NCBI GenBank assembly: GCA_041657405.1
Contig: JBBABX010000002.1
Span: 42,726 to 106,725 of the forward strand
Source: Minisyncoccota bacterium
GTDB taxonomy: Bacteria > Patescibacteriota > Minisyncoccia > Phycocordibacterales > XYD1-FULL-46-19
Direction of reading: 5' to 3'
Length of the DNA stretch: 64,000 bases
Made by a program: the position numbers and the translations under genes. The notes beneath the pieces were generated by a model that ran no database searches, was not told the DNA's origin, and saw nothing but the letters and a program-made list of their open reading frames with translations. This document shows positions 1 through 9,079 of the stretch, piece after piece; position 1 is the first letter of the stretch, and each line of letters opens with the position of its first letter.

Positions 1-98
1 AAGATCAACCCCATCATTAGGTGTTCTTCCTTCGATCTTTTTTGTACCGGCCTTTATCGCTTGGAATGGTCTGTCATTTAGATTCAACTCATAATTCA

Positions 99-578
99 TT
101 ATCTTATTTTATCTAAAATATAATCTCTGGTCTTTTCCGGGGTTTGATTTGAGTTGTCTATAATTTCTCCAAATGACGGGTTGTGTATTCCGATATCGTA
201 GTGGTGTTGGATTCTTGCCTTTTCCCAGTTATTTAGTTCACGGGTCCCACGATTGGCTAGGGCTTTTTCTAATTTGGGGGCAAGTGTAAATACAAATATT
301 TTTGCGTTTACATCTTTGAGTTGGTCCATAATATAGTCATGATTTTTTTGCGATAGTGGATAAGGGACAACCACATCAAATTCCTGATTGGCAAAATTCC
401 TAATTAGTGAAACTGCGTTCTCAAGATTAATCGGCACTGCCTGATCTATTGGCATCCAATCAATCATCTCCCTCAAGGCATCAATCTCTAAAAGAGCCGC
501 TTTGGATAACTCCTTAATCAAAAGTTTTCCAACTGTGCTTTTACCTGAGTTAATTGAACCATTTATAAAAATAATCAT
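99..578 (-). CDS. P-loop NTPase / small-molecule or nucleotide kinase-like protein
   Basis: 159-aa ORF with a Walker A motif (GSINSGKST) near the N-terminus. Size and layout fit the shikimate/gluconate-kinase-like AAA_33 family; the exact substrate cannot be called. Confidence 0.5.
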   Translation of the reverse strand: MIIFINGSINSGKSTVGKLLIKELSKAALLEIDALREMIDWMPIDQAVPINLENAVSLIRNFANQEFDVVVPYPLSQKNHDYIMDQLKDVNAKIFVFTLAPKLEKALANRGTRELNNWEKARIQHHYDIGIHNPSFGEIIDNSNQTPEKTRDYILDKIR

Positions 579-704
579 TATGTTCTATTTTATCACTTTT
601 TTCTTATTTTAGACATTCAAAGATTTGGGGCCTTGCAGAGTTGTTTATTAGTTGCCAATCGTTTTTCTTGTTATTATCTTAAGAATTATTACTTAAATAT
701 TAAA

Positions 705-1262
705 ATGTCTCTAAACAAAGAATTAAAACTTAAGATAGAGAAAATGACAAAGGTTGATCAAGACCTTCGAAAGAGACAACAGAGGGAATGGAAAGTTTTA
801 GCTAAAAAATGCACCGGTAAAGATGACCCCAAGCTTTTGATTTCTGTTCGTAAAATGGCAAAAGAGCTGTTGCGAGTTGACAAGAAAAACACTCTTGAGA
901 TGAAAAAGATAATCAATAAGTATGGTTGGCCCGAAAAGTCTTTGCTTGGCAAAAAAGGAGCTTTCAATGCTTGGCTTTTGGTTCAGCATGCCGATCATGA
1001 CATTGACTTTCAAGAGAAATGTCTAAAGCTTTTAACTGCCGCGGCAGACAAGGGCGAAGTCGATAAAAAAAGAGTGGCTTATCTGACAGATCGGGTTTTG
1101 TTGCATCGCGGCAAGAAACAAATTTATGGCACTCAGTTGAGAAGTTTTCCTCAAAAAGGAAAGATGATTTTAAAACCACAACCGATAAAAAATAGAAAAA
1201 AATTGATGAACTGCGGAAAGGTATGGGGCTTGAACCATTGGGGATTTATTTGGATAAAATGA
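705..1262 (+). CDS. hypothetical protein (start uncertain; the ORF is open from 633)
   Basis: Long ORF with a conserved-looking core (LVQHADHDIDFQ...AYLTDRV...QIYGTQ). No recognisable catalytic motif. A more plausible ATG lies at 705. Confidence 0.4.
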   Translation: MSLNKELKLKIEKMTKVDQDLRKRQQREWKVLAKKCTGKDDPKLLISVRKMAKELLRVDKKNTLEMKKIINKYGWPEKSLLGKKGAFNAWLLVQHADHDIDFQEKCLKLLTAAADKGEVDKKRVAYLTDRVLLHRGKKQIYGTQLRSFPQKGKMILKPQPIKNRKKLMNCGKVWGLNHWGFIWIK

Positions 1263-1316
1263 GAAAAATGTATTGATACTATTTTTAAATATTTATTCTC
1301 TTGTATCACTTCGTAA

Positions 1317-1532
1317 ATTATTGTTTTTAGACCTCAAGAAGTAACTCAAGCATTTTGTGATCATTCAAAGATTAAAAAAGTCTCAGGTTATAAGACAACA
1401 GAGTTGGAAGATGGTTTGAACATAACTATACGATGGGCCAAATCTATTGATCATCAAAAGTTTAAATATCTCAAATCATTAGATATACAAAGTGATAAAT
1501 TTCCTAAGACGTGGAAATCGAAAGATTACTAA
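1317..1532 (+). pseudogene. C-terminal remnant of an NAD-dependent sugar epimerase/dehydratase (no start codon)
   Basis: The stop-free frame 1317-1532 translates to ...FCDHSKIKKVSGYKTTELEDGLNITIRWAKSIDHQ.... This matches the characteristic C-terminal K-x-(G)W-x-P-x-x-x-LE(D/E)GL-x-x-T-x-x-W motif of GalE/RfbB-type epimerases. There is no ATG, an in-frame stop lies immediately upstream at 1314-1316, and no N-terminal Rossmann part is present. Confidence 0.4.
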
Positions 1533-1707
1533 GTCAACTTAAAAACTAAGGAGTGAAGCGAAACTTATAAACTATCTCCTATCTTTATTTTATCTTCCTT
1601 CTCAGCTTTTCTCTAAATCTCCTCTTTTCTTCTCCTAAAACCCACCCTCTTAATTTTATGTGCTAAATCTGTAAGATGTCAAGCTGTTAATTGTTAGCTT
1701 CTCTTTC

Positions 1708-3399
1708 TTATATCCCCGCCACAAAATCCACCACCTTCTTCTCCTTCTCTTGCTCGGCGAGGGGTTTGGTGTGCTTGAGTTCAACAATGAAGGTAGAACC
1801 TTTGCCCTTGCCTTCTGATTCGGCCCAGATTTTGCCACCCAGACCCTCCACAATCTGCTTGGCGACATACAAGCCAAGGCCGGTGCCGATTAGGTTGACC
1901 TTGCCGGCATCATAAGCGCGGACAAATTTTTCAAATAGTTTGGGCAGAGTTTCTGCTGGGATACCGACGCCGGAATCTTTGACTACAAAACGCACCACCT
2001 CCTCCCCTTCCGGTTTGGTCATATTTTCTACCCGAACTCTGATCCAGCCTTCTTTGGTATATTTGCTGGCGTTATCAATAATATTGTTAAAGACTTGATT
2101 TAGTTTGCCTAAGTCGGCGTAGACATTATGATCTTGGCCATCGTCTTCAAATTCTAATTTTAGGCCATTCTTGGTCACTTGCGGTCGTTGTTCCTCCACT
2201 ACCTGCTTGGCGAGTGTGCCGATATCAATGTCGGACATCTCGTATTTCATTCGGCCCAGTTCAATGCGGGTAATGTTTAAAAAGTCTTCAATGACGCTGA
2301 TCATTTTTTGGCTGGACTGAAAGACAACCTCAAGCGCCCCCTGAGCCTTTTTTGGTATTGGACCAAAAGAGCCTTCTATAAGCATTGAAGAATAACCTTT
2401 GATGGCCGTCAGGGGGCTCCGCAATTGGTGTGAAGCAATGGAAACGAACTCAGTTTTTTGTTTGTCTAATTCCTTTAAGCGCTCGTTGGCCTTACCCAAA
2501 TCTTCGGCCAGTTTTTCAATTTTTTCCCGCTGAGAGACTTCTTTTAAGACGCTACGGATTAAGAATGTGCCTATGACTACTGTTCCAATGAAAGAACCCC
2601 AGTTTACAAGTTGATCAATAATTGAACCAGAGATAAAAGCTCTAACCAGTAAGAATATCCATAAACTAAAGATAAAAAGTTGAGTGGCTATTAGTCTTAT
2701 ATTAAACAAGCGTTGTTTGAGGATGGCAGCAGTAATTATTACTACCATAATAATAGTAGCGGTTGGTCCAATCCAAGCATAATTTGGATTATTGAAGATA
2801 AATGGAAAAATGTGGTTAGTTATTACACCAATAATGACTGATGTATAACTTCCAAACAGTATATAGATATACTGTTTTTTTATTGGTCCTGTTGAATTTA
2901 ATAACCTCTTTACTAAAATCAATAAAGAAAGAACAAAAAATGAAAAAAGATAAATACCCCATAGATTAAAACCTGAACCAAAGAAAATATCATTTTCTTT
3001 TTCTTGATTAAAGACAACTTGGGTAACAACTGTGTTGGGAAATATTGGTAAAATACTAAAAAATAAAGAAATTATCAATATGGTAGTTAATACTTTTTTA
3101 TTGAACCAATCAACTTTGTTCGGGAAAGACATTACAAAAATAAGTAGGGATGCTGGAATTATTGCAGTAGCAACATAATAAAATCTCGCCCAAATCAAGG
3201 CTGAATAAGAATTTGGAATTCCTCTATACATAAACATTCCGAGTGCCCACATCGAACAACTTAAAGCTAAGAATGAATATAAAGATTCAGAAGTTTTTTT
3301 GTTACTATTAAAATAAATAACAGCAGCCAAAAGCAAGTTAACAAAAGCTGCTAACAAAAGTAAATAATTTGGTAAATCTAATTTTAGTAAGTCACCCAC
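1708..3399 (-). CDS. sensor histidine kinase with a large polytopic N-terminal membrane domain
   Basis: There are about 9-10 hydrophobic helices in the N-terminal 300 aa. An H-box follows (SIASHQLRSPLTAIKGY), then a HATPase_c G-box (GTGLGLYVAKQIVEGLGG). No response regulator is adjacent. Confidence 0.85.
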   Translation of the reverse strand: MGDLLKLDLPNYLLLLAAFVNLLLAAVIYFNSNKKTSESLYSFLALSCSMWALGMFMYRGIPNSYSALIWARFYYVATAIIPASLLIFVMSFPNKVDWFNKKVLTTILIISLFFSILPIFPNTVVTQVVFNQEKENDIFFGSGFNLWGIYLFSFFVLSLLILVKRLLNSTGPIKKQYIYILFGSYTSVIIGVITNHIFPFIFNNPNYAWIGPTATIIMVVIITAAILKQRLFNIRLIATQLFIFSLWIFLLVRAFISGSIIDQLVNWGSFIGTVVIGTFLIRSVLKEVSQREKIEKLAEDLGKANERLKELDKQKTEFVSIASHQLRSPLTAIKGYSSMLIEGSFGPIPKKAQGALEVVFQSSQKMISVIEDFLNITRIELGRMKYEMSDIDIGTLAKQVVEEQRPQVTKNGLKLEFEDDGQDHNVYADLGKLNQVFNNIIDNASKYTKEGWIRVRVENMTKPEGEEVVRFVVKDSGVGIPAETLPKLFEKFVRAYDAGKVNLIGTGLGLYVAKQIVEGLGGKIWAESEGKGKGSTFIVELKHTKPLAEQEKEKKVVDFVAGI

Positions 3400-3400
3400 T

Positions 3401-4879
3401 TTATTTATAAGCTGAATTAATTATAGCACTTTTTGAATACAAGATTCTTGTATCTGAAATATTTTTAAAACCAGTTTCTTTAAGTAGTTTTTTTTGTTCA
3501 TCAAAACTTAGCAATACTTTATCATTTTTTTTCTCTTCTTGTTTTATTAAATTATTATAATAAAACATTTTGATTATTGGAATAGAATACTTTATTGAAT
3601 CAGTAATAATTTTAATTAGACCTGACCTTTTTAGATCTTTTTTTATGTGTTCAATAAATATTCTATTTGGATTAAAGTTGTTATAAGGATTTGTTAAAAC
3701 TATTTTTCCTCCAGGTTTTAATACTCGATAAAACTCGCTAATAACCTTTGGTCTAAATTCATAAGGTATAGAATGTAATGTCAACATGCAAATTAACTTA
3801 TCGAACTCATTATCTGAAAACTTAAGATTAGTTAAATCGGATTTTATTAAGGTTGCTTCAGGGTCTTTTGATAAGTGAATTTTTAATGCGGTTTCAGAGT
3901 TATCTGCTCCGACCATTTCAATAGAATACTTTTCCTTAATACTTATTGATAGGATTCCAGTTCCTGAACCTGCATCTAAAATTCTATCGCCATTTTTTAT
4001 ATCTAGTTCCTTGATTACTTCTTCAGTCATTTCTTGATAAGGTATAGCCATTCCTATGACATCAAAGACTTTCATATAATTTGACCAAAAACTCTCATCC
4101 AAAGTATCTTTATTTGTAAAAGAGTAAATTATATCTTTATAAAAAGATACGAAAGAAAAAACAATGTAATACAGAAAGTTGTTTCTCCTCAACCATTTTT
4201 TAAACAAGTATTGTAATTGTGTAGGAGATTTTATCTTAATTTCATTTTGCCGCAAAAATTTAATATATAAATTAGCCACTTTTATTATTATCCCTGTCCC
4301 ATGTCGAGATTTTTTTTCCATTATGCTATCTATATCGCTGAGTTTTTCTGAATCATATATTATATGTTCAGGTTTTAGATTTTCTAACGCATCATTTTTA
4401 CCATCCCATACAACCAGTTCACTTTGTGGATTAAAATAACTTGTTTTCAAAGATAATTCTAAATCTAGGGAGGGATCACATTTGATCCATTTATTATTTA
4501 AAAAAACAAAACTGTATACATGGGATGACTTTTTGCTTATCTTCCTCTTGAGTATGGGGGGAACCACTGGCCCAAAGTATTCTTGTCCTTTTGTTTTTAA
4601 AACACCATAACCGGAGGGAATGTTTATGGATCTAAGCATTGTTACCAACAAATTTGTTTTATTGGTGCAAGTCCCCTCCTTTTCTTGGAGTGTTTCGCTT
4701 GCTTTTCTTTGCCACAAGCCAACTCGATACTCTATGTTGTCTCTAACCCAATTGAAAACAGCGATTGCCTTTTCTTGATCCGAAGAAAAGCCTTTTGTTA
4801 TCTCTTTTGCTTTTTCTGATATCTGAGGATTATTACAGTCACAAAACCTCGTTTCTTTTAAGTATTTTTCGAGTTCCAT
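3401..4879 (-). CDS. fusion protein: N-terminal transglutaminase-like cysteine protease domain plus C-terminal class I SAM-dependent methyltransferase
   Basis: The N-terminal half has a TGase-like Cys-His-Asp core (EGTCTNKTNLLVTMLRSINIPSGY ... HVYSFVFLNNKWIKCDPS). The C-terminal half has methyltransferase motif I (ILDAGSGTGILS) and the post-I/II region (VLKPGGKIVLTNP). Its stop codon sits 1 nt from the HK start. Confidence 0.7.
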   Translation of the reverse strand: MELEKYLKETRFCDCNNPQISEKAKEITKGFSSDQEKAIAVFNWVRDNIEYRVGLWQRKASETLQEKEGTCTNKTNLLVTMLRSINIPSGYGVLKTKGQEYFGPVVPPILKRKISKKSSHVYSFVFLNNKWIKCDPSLDLELSLKTSYFNPQSELVVWDGKNDALENLKPEHIIYDSEKLSDIDSIMEKKSRHGTGIIIKVANLYIKFLRQNEIKIKSPTQLQYLFKKWLRRNNFLYYIVFSFVSFYKDIIYSFTNKDTLDESFWSNYMKVFDVIGMAIPYQEMTEEVIKELDIKNGDRILDAGSGTGILSISIKEKYSIEMVGADNSETALKIHLSKDPEATLIKSDLTNLKFSDNEFDKLICMLTLHSIPYEFRPKVISEFYRVLKPGGKIVLTNPYNNFNPNRIFIEHIKKDLKRSGLIKIITDSIKYSIPIIKMFYYNNLIKQEEKKNDKVLLSFDEQKKLLKETGFKNISDTRILYSKSAIINSAYK

Positions 4880-4885
4880 CTTATT

Positions 4886-5542
4886 TTATATAACCCCAGA
4901 GATTTCTTTTATAAGTCCTTTTGCTATTTTATCTTTTCCTAAATACTCAACTATTTTTTTGTTGCTGTCTATTATATAAGCTCGGTGTTCTTTTTGTACA
5001 GTAGAGTATTCATTGGCGACAATCATGTCGGCCCTTGAGGCAATCATGCTTTTGTAAGCAATAGCAACCAGTTTGTTTTTTGGCAAACCGACTTCTAATT
5101 TAAATTTAACCAAAAATACGTTAGGTCTAATTTTTTTTATCAAATCAACAATTTTTGCCGTTGGTTTAAGTTTAATTGTTAAAGTTTTTTTCCCCGATTT
5201 AATTTTCCCCTCTTTTGAAGGGATTGGTGCGTAGTCTGCTACAGCGGATGAGTGTATAACTATTTCGTAATTTTTTGTCGAAAGCTCTTTTTTTACCAAG
5301 TTTAAGAGATCGTCGTAATATTTGTACTTAATAATTTCTAAATTTTTGGATTCTAGGGGTATTTTTGCTTTACCTGGTCCAAATAGCAAAGTTACTTTTG
5401 CTCCTTTTTTTGCGGCTTCACTGGCAATTAAAGCGCCAAGGGTTCCGCCAAAAACATTTGTTATGACCCTTACTTTGTCAATCGGTACCCAGGTTGGACC
5501 AGCTGTTATTAATATTCTTTTATTAGCAAGTTTTTTAGTCAT
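4886..5542 (-). CDS. coaB: phosphopantothenate--cysteine ligase (CoaB domain, stand-alone)
   Basis: N-terminal ILITAGPTWVPIDKVRVITNVFGGTLGALIA matches the DFP/CoaB signature. It overlaps coaC by 8 nt. Confidence 0.75.
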   Translation of the reverse strand: MTKKLANKRILITAGPTWVPIDKVRVITNVFGGTLGALIASEAAKKGAKVTLLFGPGKAKIPLESKNLEIIKYKYYDDLLNLVKKELSTKNYEIVIHSSAVADYAPIPSKEGKIKSGKKTLTIKLKPTAKIVDLIKKIRPNVFLVKFKLEVGLPKNKLVAIAYKSMIASRADMIVANEYSTVQKEHRAYIIDSNKKIVEYLGKDKIAKGLIKEISGVI

Positions 5543-6083
5543 GAAAAACTTTTTTTATCTCAGATAAGATGGTCTCAATATCAGCTATTTTCCCTGCCCC
5601 TTCATCTCTACAAGCTAGCTTACCTTCGCGAGGGTTTATTATCCTATACTTTTCCATGGCCTCTAATTTTTTAATGTTCCCTTGTGTTATGGGGTTGAGC
5701 CACATCTGAGTGTTCATGGCAGGAGCTATAATGATCGGAGTTTTTTGAGGGGTAGCTAAGGTTACGGTTGTTAAAAGATTGTCTGCAAGTCCATGAACCA
5801 TTTTTGATATGGTATTTGCTGTTGCTGGAGCAATAACTATCACGTCGGCCCATTTGGCTAATGATATATGTTCAACTTCTTCTGGATTTTGAATATTCCA
5901 CATGTCTGTATATACAGCATGGTTAGTTAAGGCTTGGAATGTTAAAGGAGACACAAATTTTGTAGCACTATTTGTCATTGTGACTTTTACATCATAACCT
6001 TCTTTTAAAAGACTGGTTACCAAAGAACAAGCTTTATAAGCGGCTATTCCCCCTGTTATGCCAATTAAGATCCTTTTTTTCAT
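5535..6083 (-). CDS. coaC: phosphopantothenoylcysteine decarboxylase (flavoprotein, CoaC domain, stand-alone)
   Basis: The flavoprotein fold signature ILIGITGGIAAYKACSLVTSLLKEGYDVKVTMT is present, plus the PxMN motif (APAMNTQMW). Confidence 0.8.
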   Translation of the reverse strand: MKKRILIGITGGIAAYKACSLVTSLLKEGYDVKVTMTNSATKFVSPLTFQALTNHAVYTDMWNIQNPEEVEHISLAKWADVIVIAPATANTISKMVHGLADNLLTTVTLATPQKTPIIIAPAMNTQMWLNPITQGNIKKLEAMEKYRIINPREGKLACRDEGAGKIADIETILSEIKKVFHD

Positions 6084-6252
6084 AATTATATTTTACAATA
6101 AAACAAGAGATTGTTCAAATTTTTAAAAAACAAAAAACTATATTTTATATGTATAATACACCACTTACTTTCAAAAATGAAGCAGTGGTTTGGGAAAAAC
6201 GCTATTTACTTTCTACTTTACTTAATTAGTCCATTAGTTATACAATATATAA

Positions 6253-6462
6253 ATGGAAAACGATCGTGAAATAATTTTTGATGTTGATAAAAAAAATGGA
6301 TTTTCTCAGACTGAATTAGAGGAATTACTCAAAAAATGGCAAGAAAAGTTGGGTATGGAAGATTGGGACTTGGAAGTCAAAATCGTTGAATTTCGTCGCA
6401 AAAACGGTTACCGCCAAAGCGGTGATTTTGTTGCTGGTCTCGAAAAGAAAATGGCCCAATAG
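6253..6462 (+). CDS. small hypothetical protein
   Basis: 69-aa charged ORF and the only plus-strand ORF in this block. No motif recognised. Confidence 0.3.
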   Translation: MENDREIIFDVDKKNGFSQTELEELLKKWQEKLGMEDWDLEVKIVEFRRKNGYRQSGDFVAGLEKKMAQ

Positions 6463-6495
6463 CTTGGAAATTTCAAATTTCTAAGCCAAAAATAG

Positions 6496-7269
6496 TTATT
6501 TTCCCTTCTGGTACAACTCCTCCACCTTCCCCTTCACAAACTCGCAGGATTTGGTATAAAACTCGTCACTGGGATTTTCGCTCGCGAGAACTTCGGCGGG
6601 AATTTTGAATGGCGCGCCGACGATGACGTTTAGACGTTTGCCGTTTTCTTTTTTGGGATTGATGGCTATTGGCAAAATATCCATTTTTAATTCTTTGAAA
6701 ATATAAATCAGTCCGCGACGAAAAAGTTTTATGCCGATGTCGCGATTAAGCCCACCTTCTGGAAAAATCATAACACGTTCACCTTGTTTTAGACACTCAA
6801 TCAGGGGAGCCAGCTTTTGTTCAAAAGTCCACTCTTTTTCAAATGGCACGACACCGTAAAGAAAGTAAATAATTTTAACCAAACCAATTTTATCAAAAAA
6901 ATGGGCGATTCGGTCAACAAAAGTGACAGAGCCCATTATTCTGATTGGCAAAATTTTTAGGAGTGTTTTGAATGGAATAGCGTTACTGATTAGCCAAGGG
7001 TCAAAGACTGATTTGTGATTGGAGATTATCACTAGCGGTTGGTTAGGTTGGAAATCGTAATCAAAGAAAGAGTCATCAATTGTTATTTTTACGTGTTGGA
7101 AAATGCGAGTGATTGGAAAGCAAAGAAAATAAGTCAGAACCCAAGTCAACTTGACCCAAAACAAGCCCCTGGGGACTATTTGGACCCTTGGCGCAGTGTA
7201 AATACGTGTTTGGGTCTCTGGAAAGGATGTTATATTAAATTGGCCGGAAATGGCCTTTTTAGATTTCAT
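6496..7269 (-). CDS. plsC: lysophospholipid (1-acyl-sn-glycerol-3-phosphate) acyltransferase, PlsC family
   Basis: The acyltransferase HX4D block (ISNHKSVFDPW) and the FPEGG block (MIFPEGGLNRD) are both present. A hydrophobic N-terminus is also seen. Confidence 0.7.
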   Translation of the reverse strand: MKSKKAISGQFNITSFPETQTRIYTAPRVQIVPRGLFWVKLTWVLTYFLCFPITRIFQHVKITIDDSFFDYDFQPNQPLVIISNHKSVFDPWLISNAIPFKTLLKILPIRIMGSVTFVDRIAHFFDKIGLVKIIYFLYGVVPFEKEWTFEQKLAPLIECLKQGERVMIFPEGGLNRDIGIKLFRRGLIYIFKELKMDILPIAINPKKENGKRLNVIVGAPFKIPAEVLASENPSDEFYTKSCEFVKGKVEELYQKGK

Positions 7270-7368
7270 ACTAAAGATGTGCGGTTTTCCGTATTTAGAC
7301 TATACCATAAAAGCGAAACAAAATGAAGAAAGAGGCTGTTTTGGGGGGCAACAGAAAATCGATTGACC

Positions 7369-7713
7369 TTAGTGAATGGTGTCGCCGGTAATTTTGACGA
7401 GCTGGGTTTGGCCGGTACTTTGATTTAAAATTTTTACGACACTACCCATCCTAACTTTCGTAGAGGGTTTGTTTTTAGTTTTAACTATTTTGGCGCCATT
7501 ACGAATCTCTACCAGTTTTTGCAGTTCGGTGGTGGTCATTTCAAAGTTAAAACGTGCTACATCATAAGTAGCGTTGTCGTGCCAAGTTTCGGAACTTTGT
7601 CTGGTGGATTCGCCCATCTCATAACCAAATTGAATAACCTTTTGCTCAAGTTCAATGATTTTGTCCAACAATACCAAAAAATCCTCTGGTAAAAATTTGT
7701 AAGTTTTGCTCAT
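7369..7713 (-). CDS. GreA/GreB-family transcription elongation factor-like protein (short)
   Basis: The N-terminal acidic coiled-coil region (GESTRQSSETWHDNATYDVARFNFEMTTTELQKL) resembles the GreA finger. The C-terminal VRMGSVVKILNQSTGQTQLVKITGD resembles the GreA FKBP-like domain. Only 114 aa. Confidence 0.5.
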   Translation of the reverse strand: MSKTYKFLPEDFLVLLDKIIELEQKVIQFGYEMGESTRQSSETWHDNATYDVARFNFEMTTTELQKLVEIRNGAKIVKTKNKPSTKVRMGSVVKILNQSTGQTQLVKITGDTIH

Positions 7714-7825
7714 AAAATTATGGAAGTGATTATAAGTATTTGGGACGATCGTCCCAAATACTTATCAACTATCAAATTTCTATTTTTATGTTCTATCCTA
7801 AAATTTTACATTTCCTATTTCAATT

Positions 7826-8887
7826 CTAGAGACCCTCTTCGCGGAGGTCCTCAATGATTTTTTTAGCTTTTTTTGAAAGTTTGTTTGGAGTAGGAAAAGT
7901 GACTCGAACCAAAAGATTGCCCCGGTGGTTGTGCCCATTTGGGACACCCCTATCTTTTACTCGTAGCATTTCACCATAAGTTATTCCGGCGGGAATACTC
8001 AGAGTCATATCTCCCTCAAGTGTTTTTAATTTATAATCAGTCCCTAAAATAGCATCGGTCATCTTGATTTTTATATCAGATAACAAGTCGTTGCCAGAAC
8101 GGCGCCACATTTCATCTCGTTCGACATGAATTTTTACATAAAGATCACCACTTCTTCCGTCTATAATTGCTTCTCCGCGTTCAGACATTCTGATCATCTC
8201 GCCATTATTTATACCAGACGGTATCTTGACCTGCACCTCATCGTCTTTTTTGTAGACTCCTTCTCCACCACAAACGTGACATTTTTTTTCGGGGATTTTC
8301 CCGCGACCATGGCAAGTTGGACAAGTTTTAGCTGTTTGGAAAGTGCCTAAAATAGAACGCACGGTTTCTTTTATTTGGCCTGTTCCTTTGCAAGTTTCGC
8401 AATTTTTGATCTTGGCACCCTTTTCAGCGCCAGTGCCATTGCAGAAATCACAAATTCCAACTTTGTTTATTAATAGTTTGCGTTCGGTGCCAAAGATTGA
8501 TTCTTTGAAGGTTATTAAAATATCTACCGAAATATCTCGACCACGCTTGACCTTAGTTTGATGACTTCCACCAAAAATATCACCAAAAATATCACCCAAG
8601 TCAAATTCAAACGAGCCACCTTGGCCACCAGTAAAACCGGAAAAATCCCAACCGCCAGTTGGCCCGCCTTGACCGTTAAAACCACCAGAGCCAAATTGAT
8701 CATATTGGGCGCGCCTTTTGTCGTCTGACAAAATTTGATAAGCTTCGTTAACTTCTTTAAATTTGGCCTCGTCGCCGTTTGTTTTGTCAGGATGATATTT
8801 GTGAGCTAGTTTGTGGAAAGCCTTTCGAATATCTTCTTTCGAAGCGTTTCTTTCAATCCCCAATATTTTATAGAAATCTTTATCCAT
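7826..8887 (-). CDS. dnaJ: molecular chaperone DnaJ
   Basis: It has a J-domain (YKILGI...HKYHPDK), a G/F-rich linker, four CxxCxGxG zinc-finger repeats and a C-terminal substrate-binding domain. Confidence 0.95.
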   Translation of the reverse strand: MDKDFYKILGIERNASKEDIRKAFHKLAHKYHPDKTNGDEAKFKEVNEAYQILSDDKRRAQYDQFGSGGFNGQGGPTGGWDFSGFTGGQGGSFEFDLGDIFGDIFGGSHQTKVKRGRDISVDILITFKESIFGTERKLLINKVGICDFCNGTGAEKGAKIKNCETCKGTGQIKETVRSILGTFQTAKTCPTCHGRGKIPEKKCHVCGGEGVYKKDDEVQVKIPSGINNGEMIRMSERGEAIIDGRSGDLYVKIHVERDEMWRRSGNDLLSDIKIKMTDAILGTDYKLKTLEGDMTLSIPAGITYGEMLRVKDRGVPNGHNHRGNLLVRVTFPTPNKLSKKAKKIIEDLREEGL

Positions 8888-8987
8888 ATTTTAGTCTTAA
8901 TTATACTACTTTTTTACCCTTGAGACAAGGTCTGGGTATTGACAATACGTATTTTTGAGTTTCTAATTTTGAATAAAGAAACTTTTT

Positions 8988-9028
8988 ACCCAGCCCCACT
9001 TTCAATCAAGATAGAAGTGGGGCTGGGT
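8988..9028. promoter_or_regulatory. 12-bp perfect GC-rich stem-loop in the dnaK-dnaJ intergenic region
   Basis: ACCCAGCCCCAC -17 nt loop- GTGGGGCTGGGT. This is unusually GC-rich for its surroundings. There is no clean U-tract on the transcribed (minus) strand, so it is more likely an attenuator or processing/stability element than a full terminator. Confidence 0.4.
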
Positions 9029-9079
9029 AAATTTTTTACTACTTATTCTTAATTTTAAATTGAATTTAATTGTCGGTAA

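Noticed and set aside
758-1179. Three minus-strand ORFs (758-967, 798-1013, 964-1179) inside the plus-strand gene 633-1262
   Set aside because: They are antisense to a longer, better-supported ORF. They are Phe/Leu/Ser-rich, as expected for the antisense of Lys/Glu-rich AT-rich coding DNA.
1656-1915. ORFs 1656-1877 (-) and 1691-1915 (+) at the 3' end of the histidine kinase gene
   Set aside because: They overlap the HATPase domain-coding region of a confidently identified gene and are Ser/Pro/Arg-rich off-frame products.
4179-8561. Short opposite-strand ORFs embedded in real genes (4179-4439, 5322-5567, 5671-5853, 7039-7326, 8126-8350, 8343-8561)
   Set aside because: Each lies wholly inside a gene with strong motif support (TGase/MTase, coaB, coaC, plsC, dnaJ) and has no independent signal (no RBS, no motif, low-complexity composition).
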